From positions 1-35,427 of the IMG/VR virus record IMGVR_UViG_3300049004_000019: DNA of 35,427 nt; one strand, 5' to 3'. Position 1 is the first letter of the stretch. Each line of letters starts with the position of its first letter. Position numbers and translations under genes: made by a program. Source of the DNA: a virus. Taxonomy: Duplodnaviria > Caudoviricetes. The notes beneath the pieces are model-generated. The model was not told the origin of the DNA. It did not search any database and saw nothing but the letters and a program-made list of their open reading frames with translations. Shown here piece after piece: positions 1 through 7,450 of this stretch.

Positions 1-40
1 AGTAGTGCCGGTCGTAGAGGCACAGTTCGCAGTCGTCCAT
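1..40 (-). CDS. Small hypothetical protein, truncated by the window edge (MDDCELCLYDRHY...)
   Basis: ATG at 40 overlaps the upstream stop (TGATG); CxxC motif. Confidence 0.5.
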   Translation of the reverse strand, partial: MDDCELCLYDRHY

Positions 41-195
41 CAGTGCGTGTTCAGGTAGTGGATGCCGGCCAGCGCCAGGAAGAAGAGAGCCACCCAGAGC
101 GCGATCGTGAGCAGGGCCGATCCGAGGATGGCCAGCGCCCAGAAGAACGCGAGCCAGCCGCCGGCCGCGCGCCGGGCGTCCCGCTTCGAGGTCAC
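40..195 (-). CDS. Small membrane protein (51 aa)
   Basis: GTG at 195 in GTGA overlap with the stop of 192..743; long hydrophobic segment WLAFFWALAILGSALLTIALWVALFFLALAGI. Confidence 0.6.
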   Translation of the reverse strand: MTSKRDARRAAGGWLAFFWALAILGSALLTIALWVALFFLALAGIHYLNTH

Positions 196-743
196 CACGC
201 CGCGAGGTCGCCCACAGGGGCCCGCGCGACCTCGAAGTCCTCGCCCACCAGGGCCTCCCGTGCGCTGTACACCCCTGGACCGGCTGCCGCATCGATCCGC
301 CACGCGTCGCGGAAGTCCAGGATCTGCGCCCACGTCAGCGAGCCGGCGGAGACGTACATCGCCAAGTCGGAGCGAAGGTCCAGCAGGTCTTCGGCGTACC
401 AGCGGATGCTCGTAGCGAGGCCCGTATCCGGATTGATCACGTGGGAACCGTCAACGGTGCCATCTCCGCGGGTATACATCCGGGCGCCCGCCTTGAAGAC
501 GATATGACCGAACACGCAGGCAACCGTGCCGCAATCGTTGGCGGGAACCCTCGACTGCCGCACGTCCGGCCGGAGGTCGTCCAGGTGGATGTCCATGCCG
601 TTGTGGCCAGCACCGTCGGTGACCGCCAGCCAGTAGTCCTGATGCCAGGTGCGGAAGTTGTTGGCCTCGATCTCGTCGATGACCTCTTCGAACAGTGCCA
701 GCCCGCGCTTGTCGCTGGGCTTGGCGATGGGCTCGTAGTTCAC
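192..743 (-). CDS. Phage hypothetical protein (183 aa)
   Basis: Typical codon use, purine-rich RBS, W-x-Q..W and CGTVACVFG motifs of a kind seen in actinophage hypothetical proteins. Confidence 0.75.
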   Translation of the reverse strand: MNYEPIAKPSDKRGLALFEEVIDEIEANNFRTWHQDYWLAVTDGAGHNGMDIHLDDLRPDVRQSRVPANDCGTVACVFGHIVFKAGARMYTRGDGTVDGSHVINPDTGLATSIRWYAEDLLDLRSDLAMYVSAGSLTWAQILDFRDAWRIDAAAGPGVYSAREALVGEDFEVARAPVGDLAAW

Positions 744-756
744 GATTGCCCCCCGC

Positions 757-897
757 TCACTTCCGCTTGGCGTCGCTGGAGACGATCGCGCCGTTCTTGA
801 TCGCCTTCCGCTCCGCCGCGCTGGTCGGGAACAGCTCGCGCCCGTTGACGTCGGTCACCGGAACCACCGTCGCCAGGAATTCCTTCAGCTTGCCCAT
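757..897 (-). CDS. Small hypothetical protein (46 aa, MGKLKEFLATVVPV...)
   Basis: ATG at 897 with GAGAGGG upstream; the longer ORF-track start runs through a structured non-coding region. Confidence 0.6.
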   Translation of the reverse strand: MGKLKEFLATVVPVTDVNGRELFPTSAAERKAIKNGAIVSSDAKRK

Positions 898-929
898 GTG
901 CTCGCCCTCTCGTTGTCCTGTCATTCCGC

Positions 930-1091
930 GCGCGGTGGGCGGGTCCGAAGTTATCCGCCTTGCCGAGTACCGACCCTTCAACGGGCTGGCTCGCACCGCT
1001 CCACCCACGGACTTGGCCTCGCCACAAAGCAAGTCCGTGTGGTTTTTCTCGGCCCCCCCGCCGTCTGGTCGGCAGGACGGGGGGGACCGAA
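930..1091 (-). ncRNA. Putative structured intergenic RNA or leader (two long hairpins plus a three-way junction)
   Basis: Helices 932-937/994-999, 938-942/955-959, 964-967/990-993, 1006-1015/1030-1039 and 1049-1090; mismatches read as G-U on the minus strand. Confidence 0.45.
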
Positions 1092-1092
1092 G

Positions 1093-1344
1093 TCAGTCTG
1101 ATTCAGCGTGCAGTTCAGGGTCGTAGACGATGACCGTCCGGGCGTCCTCGACACGATGATGGAACTCGGCGCCGTCCAACGCGCCGATGACGTCATCCAT
1201 CGTGCTGTAAACGGTTGCGGGAAGGTCTAGCAGCCAGACCCTCACCAAGCCAGCCTTCATCCCTTTTCCATGGATCCTTACTTGGCCCGGACCGAGCTTT
1301 CGGTGAAGCACTGCACCCACGGAGCGGGCGGTAACGCTGGTCAT
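1093..1344 (-). CDS. Hypothetical protein (83 aa)
   Basis: ATG with GAGGAGGG RBS; tightly packed in the leftward operon. Confidence 0.7.
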   Translation of the reverse strand: MTSVTARSVGAVLHRKLGPGQVRIHGKGMKAGLVRVWLLDLPATVYSTMDDVIGALDGAEFHHRVEDARTVIVYDPELHAESD

Positions 1345-1346
1345 GG

Positions 1347-1556
1347 CTAGCCCTCCTCGCTCTCGTCCAGCGTGATCCCGAACAGGGCTGCGAGCGATCG
1401 GCCGACCCGCCCTACTTCCTCTCGGTCCAACTCAGGCCACGTCTTGAACCCGTCCTCGTGGTCAAGCGAGACGTGCTCATCCGGGGGTAACAGAATCTCC
1501 CGTGCCATCGTGTCCATCCGGTCGTGGATCATCGCCATCAGGTCGAACGCGTCCAT
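1347..1556 (-). CDS. Hypothetical protein (69 aa, MDAFDLMAMIHDRM...)
   Basis: TGATG overlap at 1556; GGGAG RBS. Confidence 0.65.
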   Translation of the reverse strand: MDAFDLMAMIHDRMDTMAREILLPPDEHVSLDHEDGFKTWPELDREEVGRVGRSLAALFGITLDESEEG

Positions 1557-1762
1557 CAGCTGCTCCCGTGAAGTGCGCAAGCGCAGCCATCCCAGACAGG
1601 GTTGTGAGCAGTACTGGAGTCCATGCCGAGCACGTTCCGATCGTGCCGCTTGCCCTGCTCGCAGGTTGCCATGTGACCGGACCAGACCAGTTCGCCCCCG
1701 ACGATGACGGCTCGCAGGACGAAGCATCGGCTACCGCAGTAGCGGCAGTACGCGCCCGCCAT
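1556..1762 (-). CDS. Small Cys/His-rich protein, possibly Zn-binding (68 aa)
   Basis: TGATG overlap at 1762; CRYC, HMATC and CAC motifs. Confidence 0.65.
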   Translation of the reverse strand: MAGAYCRYCGSRCFVLRAVIVGGELVWSGHMATCEQGKRHDRNVLGMDSSTAHNPVWDGCACALHGSS

Positions 1763-2193
1763 CAGTCGTCCACCCGATCCGACCACGGGACCTCACCGAG
1801 GTGCTCGGCGTGCTCGGTGTACATCTCCTCGATCACGTGCTCTGCGGCGTACTTCGCCGCAAGGCGGTCCAGCCCGCTACCACGCCCGCCACTGATGCTG
1901 GCTTCGCTCTGGGCCTTCATCGCCCGCCCCATGTCGAAGAACTCGTTCAGCTCCAGCGCGCGAGCGTGTTCAGCCTCGAAGTTCCGAGCGCGTCGGCGTT
2001 CGTCCTCCAAGGCCTTGGCCCAATCGCGGAGGTATTCGTGCAGCGTGATGAAGACCCTGTTCGGTTCGCTCGCACACCGGAAAAGGCCAAGGCCACGGTT
2101 GTCGATACGGCAACCGTCCTCGTAACGGGCAGGGACGGTGCCAGCTATGAGGCACGTGCCGTGCGGGCAGCGGACGGGACGGATGGCGGTCAT
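1762..2193 (-). CDS. Hypothetical protein (143 aa)
   Basis: ATGA overlap with 2190..2393; Cys-containing N-terminus, helical C-terminus. Confidence 0.65.
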   Translation of the reverse strand: MTAIRPVRCPHGTCLIAGTVPARYEDGCRIDNRGLGLFRCASEPNRVFITLHEYLRDWAKALEDERRRARNFEAEHARALELNEFFDMGRAMKAQSEASISGGRGSGLDRLAAKYAAEHVIEEMYTEHAEHLGEVPWSDRVDD

Positions 2194-2393
2194 CGTGCGC
2201 CACCCTGCTCCCGCTGTTGCCGCCTGATTCGCATCAGTAGTCGGCAGGAGTGATGTATCCCGTCGGCCGACGTGCCCTCAACGAGGGAGGCCGAGTCGTC
2301 GTACGCGTTGTACGTGCCGTCAGCGCTACGCCGGATCGTGTATCCGTTCGCGTAAGTCTCAACGATGGTCGGTTCGGGCTGTGGTTTCGTCAT
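2190..2393 (-). CDS. Hypothetical protein (67 aa)
   Basis: Packed between neighbours with a 1-nt gap and a 4-nt overlap. Confidence 0.65.
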   Translation of the reverse strand: MTKPQPEPTIVETYANGYTIRRSADGTYNAYDDSASLVEGTSADGIHHSCRLLMRIRRQQREQGGAR

Positions 2394-2394
2394 C

Positions 2395-2721
2395 TCAAGA
2401 CCCGCTCACGTACTCGGTGAGCGCCCACTCGTGCGCCCAATCCACGATGTGCTGCTCGGCCGCAAGCTTGCGCATGGCGGGCGTCGCCGTGGCGTCCTTG
2501 GCCACCATGATCAGGGCCTTGGTGGTCAGCACGTAGCCGGCGTCGTCACCGAAGAGGTCGTAGAGCACGCCATCGACGGACTCTTTCCAAGCGTTCGTGT
2601 TCCGGACGATCAGACCTGCGGACTCCAGCTCCTCCAGGACCGTCTCGGCAGGCGGGCGATGCCCGACCCACTCGGTCGACTGGTGAGCGAGTACGTACTC
2701 AAGCGTCTCGGTCTTGCCCAT
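2395..2721 (-). CDS. Hypothetical protein (108 aa, MGKTETLEYV...), first gene of the leftward operon
   Basis: ATG at 2721 with GGGAGA RBS. Confidence 0.7.
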   Translation of the reverse strand: MGKTETLEYVLAHQSTEWVGHRPPAETVLEELESAGLIVRNTNAWKESVDGVLYDLFGDDAGYVLTTKALIMVAKDATATPAMRKLAAEQHIVDWAHEWALTEYVSGS

Positions 2722-2748
2722 CTGGTGTCTCCCGGGAGTTCTAGGTGG

Positions 2749-3102
2749 CGTTAACTCTCCGACGGTTTGCATCTTTGCAACCCGGAAGCCTGCTTACGTC
2801 TATTCGGCAGGCTTCCGGGGCCTTCCGGCCAGAGCTGCATCGCGCAGGTTGGCCAGTTTTTACGTTCGGGCTGGTCTGAGTTCTCCGAACGGCCCGACTT
2901 GCGGTTGAGATCAGCGATCGAACACCTGGATCGGGGGTTGTGAGCCTGCACCTCACCTGATCCGGTAGCGACACCAGTTGTTCCGATGTTGCCTTCAGGC
3001 CCCGATTCGCTGGACTCCTACGGGGAGGACTCAGGACTTCCTTCGCTACCTCGGTGTTCTGTTGTCAATCTCCGTGTCGTCAAGTGACGTTAACTCTCCG
3101 AC
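2749..3102. repeat. 15-bp perfect direct repeat CGTTAACTCTCCGAC (2749-2763 and 3088-3102)
   Basis: Two identical copies flank the structured intergenic region. Confidence 0.85.
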
Positions 3103-3103
3103 A
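2780..3103 (-). ncRNA. Putative ~320-nt structured non-coding RNA or 5' leader
   Basis: Lies downstream of a predicted promoter; nested helices 2964-2971/3043-3050, 2909-2914/2957-2962, 2915-2919/2929-2933, 2940-2944/2952-2956, 2866-2871/2892-2897, 2827-2831/2850-2854; no convincing ORF. Confidence 0.4.
2781..2819 (-). terminator. 13-bp GC-rich hairpin, possible intrinsic terminator or processing stem
   Basis: CCCGGAAGCCTGC (2781-2793) / GCAGGCTTCCGGG (2807-2819); only a weak U tail. Confidence 0.5.
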
Positions 3104-3109
3104 CCTCAG

Positions 3110-3138
3110 AACCTACGCGCCCTGCCAAAATTTAGCAA
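3110..3138 (-). promoter_or_regulatory. Leftward sigma70/HrdB-type promoter
   Basis: TTGCTA (3138-3133), 17 bp spacer, TAGGTT (3115-3110). Confidence 0.55.
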
Positions 3139-3185
3139 CCCCCTTCTTGGAACCTGTCCGTGCCATACTTGCCAAAGTTTGGCAG
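3122..3185. promoter_or_regulatory. Two palindromic operator-like sites (TTGCC-N7-GGCAA consensus) around divergent promoters
   Basis: CTGCCAAAATTTAGCAA (3122-3138) and TTGCCAAAGTTTGGCAG (3169-3185); extended -10 candidate TGcCATACT at 3161-3169 for rightward transcription. Confidence 0.6.
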
Positions 3186-4130
3186 CGTGACAGGACAGGA
3201 CAGAGGAGCACTCGCTATGGGTAGGCACCACGCACACAAGGACAGGCGTCCGGCCGCTGTCCTCGGAGGCATGGCCGTTCTGGCCCTGACCGTCGCCACG
3301 CCGACCTACATCGTCGAAACCGTCCCCGCCGAACCGGCGGTAGGCTCTGTCCGTCCCCTCCTGCAACTTGCCCCCGTTGCCGCCGGAGGACAGGTCAGTG
3401 CGAGCGCCAGCGGACCGACGCACCCGCCCAAGCCCGCACTGACCGCTAGGCCCCGTTCGGCGGGATCGCCCTCCGCGCCCGAACGGGGCCTTTTGCTGTC
3501 CCCGCACCCATCGGCCACACACAGACCCTCGGCCAAGCCGACGCTCAAGCCGACGGCTAGGCCAGTGCCCACGCCCACGCACACCACGCCACCACCGACG
3601 GTCGCGGCGCCCATCGCTCCCCCTGCGCCCACGGCCAGCAAGTCACCCCAACCGACCCACACGAGGTGCTGGTCATGGGAATGAGCCGCAAGGGGGGAAA
3701 GCCGAATCACTCGGAGACCAAGACTCCGGCCGCGCACAACCATCCCAAGCACAAGGTGCACGCGTACTGGCCACCGTGGCTGGCCGGTCCGCTCGTCGTT
3801 GTCCTGGGCAACATCGGCCACGAGGTGTGGGGACAGAGCCTGCCGGCAGCGGGCATTGTGCCGCTTGTCCTTGTCCTGTCCGTCGCTGTCCTGTCCGCGC
3901 TGACCCACCGGTACGCCAGTCCGCGCAACAACGTCCAGCAGTGGCACGCTGTCCTGTCCGTCGCTGTCCTCGGGCTGTCCCTTGTCCTCGTCGAGATGTT
4001 CGGGACAGGACTGTGGCCGCCGGACGCACTCGGACAGGCTGTCCTCTACCTGTCCGCTGTCCTCGCGCTGTCCTGGAACATCCGCCGATTCGAGGTTGTC
4101 CGCGGCGAAGGACAGGACAAGCACGGGACA
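3150..4130. repeat. GGACA/TGTCC pentamer cluster 1
   Basis: About 22 copies in 3800-4130 plus about 8 in 3150-3500 (manual count), including non-coding GGACAGGACA at 3193-3202. Confidence 0.9.
3217..3684 (+). CDS. Pro/Thr/Ala-rich exported or membrane-anchored protein (155 aa)
   Basis: GAGGAG RBS; MGRH-type basic N-terminus, hydrophobic helix, long PT-rich stalk; ATGA overlap with traB. Confidence 0.65.
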   Translation: MGRHHAHKDRRPAAVLGGMAVLALTVATPTYIVETVPAEPAVGSVRPLLQLAPVAAGGQVSASASGPTHPPKPALTARPRSAGSPSAPERGLLLSPHPSATHRPSAKPTLKPTARPVPTPTHTTPPPTVAAPIAPPAPTASKSPQPTHTRCWSWE

Positions 4131-5897
4131 ACCGCCGAAGAGGACTGGCTCGGCCTGAAGAAGCCGCGTTCGATCAAGGTCACCGATTCCGACGGCAAGA
4201 AGACTCAGGCCAAGGTGAAGCTCTCGGCCGGCCAGACCGCCAAGGACGTCGAGGCGGCGCTGAACGCCATGGGATCGAGCCTGGGCACGATCACCAACGG
4301 CGTCCGGGTCGAGAAGGGCAAGCGCGAGGGCGAGGTGGAACTCACCGCGCTCTGGGAGAACCCGCTCACCGACTCGGTCGGATGGGAAGGCCCGGAGTAC
4401 GTGGGCGGCAGCATCTGCGACCCGATCAGTCTCGGCATCAACGAGCAGGGCAAGCACCCGCTACTGCGTATCGGTGGCGACTACAACAAGGGCATCCAGC
4501 CGGGCGCCGTGAAGATCATCGGCATGCCCGGCGCAGGCAAGGGTGTGTGCGCCGTGATCATCCAGGTCAACCTCCGGGGCCGCATCGACCAGTTCCCGGT
4601 GATCAGTGACCACGCCAAGGGCGAGCAGATGCTGGGCATGCTGCGACCCGGGATGCCGAAGGGCAAGGCGTGGATCAACGCGCTCGAACCGGGCGAGTCG
4701 GGTCCGGAGAAGGCGCTGGCCAGGGCTAAGACCCAGGGCCAGGCGGTTCTTCGCGCCATCGCGGCGCGGAACAAGGCGCTCGGCGATGGCGGATTCTCCT
4801 CCTGGCGGCCGGAGGCGTTCACCAAGGGCTTCATGTGGCGTGGGCAGCACATCAAGATGCCCGCGATCGTCTACCACGTCGAGGAGTTCTCCAAGGTCGG
4901 CACGGTCAGCCCGGACCTGTTCACCACCATCGGCGAGCAGGGCCGCTCAGCGGGCGTGTTCCTGGTGGTCAGTGCCCAGCGCGCCAGCCACGACCGCTTT
5001 CCCACCAGCCTGCGGAGCCTGATCCCCAACGGCATCTGCTACGGCGCTTTCGACGATACGGACGTCGGATTCGCCCTGCCCGACGGTGCGACCGCAGGTG
5101 GCGCCAGCCCGGCCGAATGGCAGACCAAGTACCCCGGCAGGGCCATGGCCAGCCTGAATGGTGCCGAGGAGGGCATGGAGCGCATCCCCTGGAAGACCCA
5201 CTACGCCGCGTCGGTGGAGGAGTTCGAGTCCTACGTCAAGGAGGTCATGGCCTACCTGTTGCCGCTGGCCCCCGACCTGGACCCTTGCACGGCGGAGGCG
5301 TTCGGCCAGCCCTACGCCGACTACCTGAGCGGCACTGTCACGAAGACGCCGGCCAAGCCCGCGACGGCGGCGGCCGGCGGGGACGACGACTACGAGGGCG
5401 AGGAAGAGATGGACGAGGACGGAACACCAGAAGACCTCAACGAGGAAGGGGACGAGATGGACGAGGAAGACCCGAACGAGGCTGAGTACGTCAAGCCCAC
5501 TGCGCCTCCCGGTTGCGACGCCAGCAACGTCGACCCTCGCCAGGGCCTGGCCGACTACACCGGACCGGCCTACGACCTGACGCCTCCGCCGAGCCTGGGC
5601 CGACAGGGCCGGGTGCTCAGTCCCACCGAGAAGCGGGTGCGCTTCCGCGAGATCCTGCAGCGCCTGGCCGACGAGGGCCGCACCGAGGTGCGCACTGGCG
5701 AGCTGGTGGCCATCTGGACCGAAGAGCTGGGCCACCCGGAGGTGAACAAGACTCCGGAGGTCGGCCGGCTGATCAACGAGGCCGCCGCCGATGATCTGGT
5801 GGACGGCAAGCCCAACGACCTGATGGGCTGCCTCGATCGTCCGCCGAACAGTCGCGGGCGCTTCCGGATCGTGCTGCGTCCCCGGGTGAACGCGTGA
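3681..5897 (+). CDS. traB: TraB-like FtsK/SpoIIIE-family conjugative dsDNA translocase (738 aa)
   Basis: Four N-terminal hydrophobic helices, Walker A GMPGAGKG, Walker B YHVEE, GRSAGV-x4-SAQR motif, acidic linker and winged-helix-like C-terminus: the architecture of actinomycete plasmid TraB. Confidence 0.8.
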   Translation: MSRKGGKPNHSETKTPAAHNHPKHKVHAYWPPWLAGPLVVVLGNIGHEVWGQSLPAAGIVPLVLVLSVAVLSALTHRYASPRNNVQQWHAVLSVAVLGLSLVLVEMFGTGLWPPDALGQAVLYLSAVLALSWNIRRFEVVRGEGQDKHGTTAEEDWLGLKKPRSIKVTDSDGKKTQAKVKLSAGQTAKDVEAALNAMGSSLGTITNGVRVEKGKREGEVELTALWENPLTDSVGWEGPEYVGGSICDPISLGINEQGKHPLLRIGGDYNKGIQPGAVKIIGMPGAGKGVCAVIIQVNLRGRIDQFPVISDHAKGEQMLGMLRPGMPKGKAWINALEPGESGPEKALARAKTQGQAVLRAIAARNKALGDGGFSSWRPEAFTKGFMWRGQHIKMPAIVYHVEEFSKVGTVSPDLFTTIGEQGRSAGVFLVVSAQRASHDRFPTSLRSLIPNGICYGAFDDTDVGFALPDGATAGGASPAEWQTKYPGRAMASLNGAEEGMERIPWKTHYAASVEEFESYVKEVMAYLLPLAPDLDPCTAEAFGQPYADYLSGTVTKTPAKPATAAAGGDDDYEGEEEMDEDGTPEDLNEEGDEMDEEDPNEAEYVKPTAPPGCDASNVDPRQGLADYTGPAYDLTPPPSLGRQGRVLSPTEKRVRFREILQRLADEGRTEVRTGELVAIWTEELGHPEVNKTPEVGRLINEAAADDLVDGKPNDLMGCLDRPPNSRGRFRIVLRPRVNA

Positions 5898-6103
5898 CCG
5901 CCCGGGAGGCGGCCATCGTCATGGCCTACACCGAGGTCGCGATAGGGGACTTCGCGACCTTCCACGCCTACGCACAAGAGAAGCTCGGTCGCTGGATCCG
6001 GGTCCACGAGTTCGCCAACCGGGCCGTGATAGACGAGCTGAAGCGGGCGTGCTACGACGACTTCCTCGCGCTCAGTCATGAGGCCGCGCGTGACGCTGCG
6101 TAG
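5894..6103 (+). CDS. Conserved small phage hypothetical protein (69 aa)
   Basis: GTGA overlap with traB; AYT...F..FH.Y....LGR....HE pattern. Confidence 0.75.
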   Translation: MTAREAAIVMAYTEVAIGDFATFHAYAQEKLGRWIRVHEFANRAVIDELKRACYDDFLALSHEAARDAA

Positions 6104-6107
6104 CGCA

Positions 6108-6205
6108 TTGCCCAGCTGGGCACCCAGCGCGTCCCGTCTGGTTCCCCTTAGGGGATTTTCCGGTTGCCCAGCGTGGGCAACCGTTTGGGGCCCCACGTGG
6201 GCAAC
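6108..6205. promoter_or_regulatory. Cluster of palindromes upstream of the TraA-like gene
   Basis: TGCCCAGCTGGGCA (6109-6122), TCCCCT-T-AGGGGA (6143-6155), CGGTTGCCCA-GCG-TGGGCAACCG (6161-6183), CCCACGTGGG (6192-6201). Confidence 0.7.
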
Positions 6206-6225
6206 ACAAGGAGTGAGCAACTGAC

Positions 6226-6564
6226 ATGGCGCATCCCGCGACTACTGGTGACATCTACACCCCCGACGGGCTGAAGGCCTACCTTGACCGCCAGCGCGCC
6301 CATGCCTTGGCCGGCTCCGACGGCTACCACGCGATGGCGTGGGAGCTGCGTCGTGCCGTCGAGCGGATGGGCAACAACTCGCGGTTCTTCGGGGGGACTC
6401 AAACCAAGTTCGCCGCCCGGCGTCTGACCCGTCCGCTCTTCCATGCGGCGGCGCTCGCCGAGGACCAGGCGAAGATGTTCGCGCTGGTCTGGGCCATCCA
6501 CAACGGCATCTTCGTGCCCCAGGCCGAGGCCAGCGGTGCCAACGTCTACAAGCCGAATGGGTGA
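6226..6564 (+). CDS. Small helical protein resembling actinomycete plasmid transfer accessory protein (TraA-like)
   Basis: AAGGAG RBS; ARRLTRPL..AA pattern; position next to traB. Family call is tentative. Confidence 0.55.
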   Translation: MAHPATTGDIYTPDGLKAYLDRQRAHALAGSDGYHAMAWELRRAVERMGNNSRFFGGTQTKFAARRLTRPLFHAAALAEDQAKMFALVWAIHNGIFVPQAEASGANVYKPNG

Positions 6565-6847
6565 CGATCTGCGGGAGACGATGCTCCAGGCCGCGGCGGC
6601 GCGCTACGGCCAGGAGCATTATCGCGGCCTGCTCTTCTGGCGCGGTATGCGGAAGGCCTGGCCCTTTCTCCTGCTGGTGATCGTCGTTGGCCTGCTGGGC
6701 TGGGCGCTCAAGCCGACCGTTCACGCTGCCTCCGCCCACGGCGCCATCGCGGTGCCGTGGGTCGGGGGCGGCCTCGTGCTGGCCATGGCCGCCTTCCTGG
6801 CCTACCGCCGGCTCCGTAGTCCCTACCGCCGTCGGAGGTTCCGGTGA
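6557..6847 (+). CDS. Two-TM membrane protein (96 aa), possible spread (Spd)-like protein
   Basis: ATG at 6557 overlaps the upstream gene end; two hydrophobic helices and an Arg-rich tail. Confidence 0.65.
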   Translation: MGDDLRETMLQAAAARYGQEHYRGLLFWRGMRKAWPFLLLVIVVGLLGWALKPTVHAASAHGAIAVPWVGGGLVLAMAAFLAYRRLRSPYRRRRFR

Positions 6848-7089
6848 ACGCTGACTACTGCGACCGGTGCGGTTCAGGCATCCTGCCCTCGCCACCCGCC
6901 GAGCATTACGGAAGGTTCTTCGGCTTGGAGTCCAGCGAGGAGATGCGCAGCAAAAACGGCCCGTGGTCAACCGAGGGTCTTCCTGCGGGGCTGGGGCTTC
7001 CGGGAACGCTGGTTGGACGCAAATCAGCGTTCATGCACATTTGCGAGGCCTGCTACGCCTCGCTCGTCCGCTGGCTGGCGACGCCGTGA
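6844..7089 (+). CDS. Zn-finger-like hypothetical protein (81 aa)
   Basis: GTGA overlap; CDRC...CEAC. Confidence 0.7.
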   Translation: MNADYCDRCGSGILPSPPAEHYGRFFGLESSEEMRSKNGPWSTEGLPAGLGLPGTLVGRKSAFMHICEACYASLVRWLATP

Positions 7090-7223
7090 TGATCACGCCC
7101 CGCCGGTTCCGGCGTCAGAAGTGCCCGCGCTGTGGCCTGATCACCCGCGTGACCAGCAAGTACAACGTCTGCACGCCGTGCGTGGTCTACCTCGAATGGC
7201 ACCGACCGGAGGTGGTCCGATGA
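7089..7223 (+). CDS. Small Zn-ribbon-like protein (44 aa)
   Basis: TGATG overlap; CPRC...CTPC. Confidence 0.55.
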   Translation: MITPRRFRRQKCPRCGLITRVTSKYNVCTPCVVYLEWHRPEVVR

Positions 7224-7450
7224 TCAAGGTCTCTCATGCGGACGGCTCGGCAGAGTTTCTCGCCGTGGCTCTCGCGGACCTCGCCAGCGCCATACGCAGC
7301 AGCACCACGCCGGCCAGCGTGGTCTACGACCTGCAAGTCACCTTCGCCTGGGAGCGTCCGAACCCCTCCATGCCCATCGTCAAGACGGCCGTGGGAGCGC
7401 AAAGCGTCGTAGTGGCCGACCTGGGTAACGAGTTGGAGATCCTGCTGTGA
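7220..7450 (+). CDS. Hypothetical protein (76 aa, MIKVSHADG...)
   Basis: GGAGGTGG RBS, ATGA overlap. Confidence 0.7.
   Translation: MIKVSHADGSAEFLAVALADLASAIRSSTTPASVVYDLQVTFAWERPNPSMPIVKTAVGAQSVVVADLGNELEILL

Noticed and set aside
2395-2721. 108-aa protein as the GntR-type repressor for the TTGCC-N7-GGCAA sites
   Set aside because: Only TVLEELESAGLIV resembles a winged helix; the rest of the GntR signature is missing
3004-3036. Hammerhead-like CTGA...stem...CGAA on the minus strand
   Set aside because: Lacks the CUGANGA and GAAA core and the flanking helices
3800-4130. GGACA/TGTCC patches as a CRISPR array or minisatellite
   Set aside because: Units are 5-10 bp, irregularly spaced, in both orientations and inside intact ORFs; no 23-50 bp repeats with unique spacers and no cas genes
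5380-5490. Purine-rich GAG/GAC run in traB
   Set aside because: Encodes the acidic linker between the ATPase and C-terminal domain; a protein-level feature
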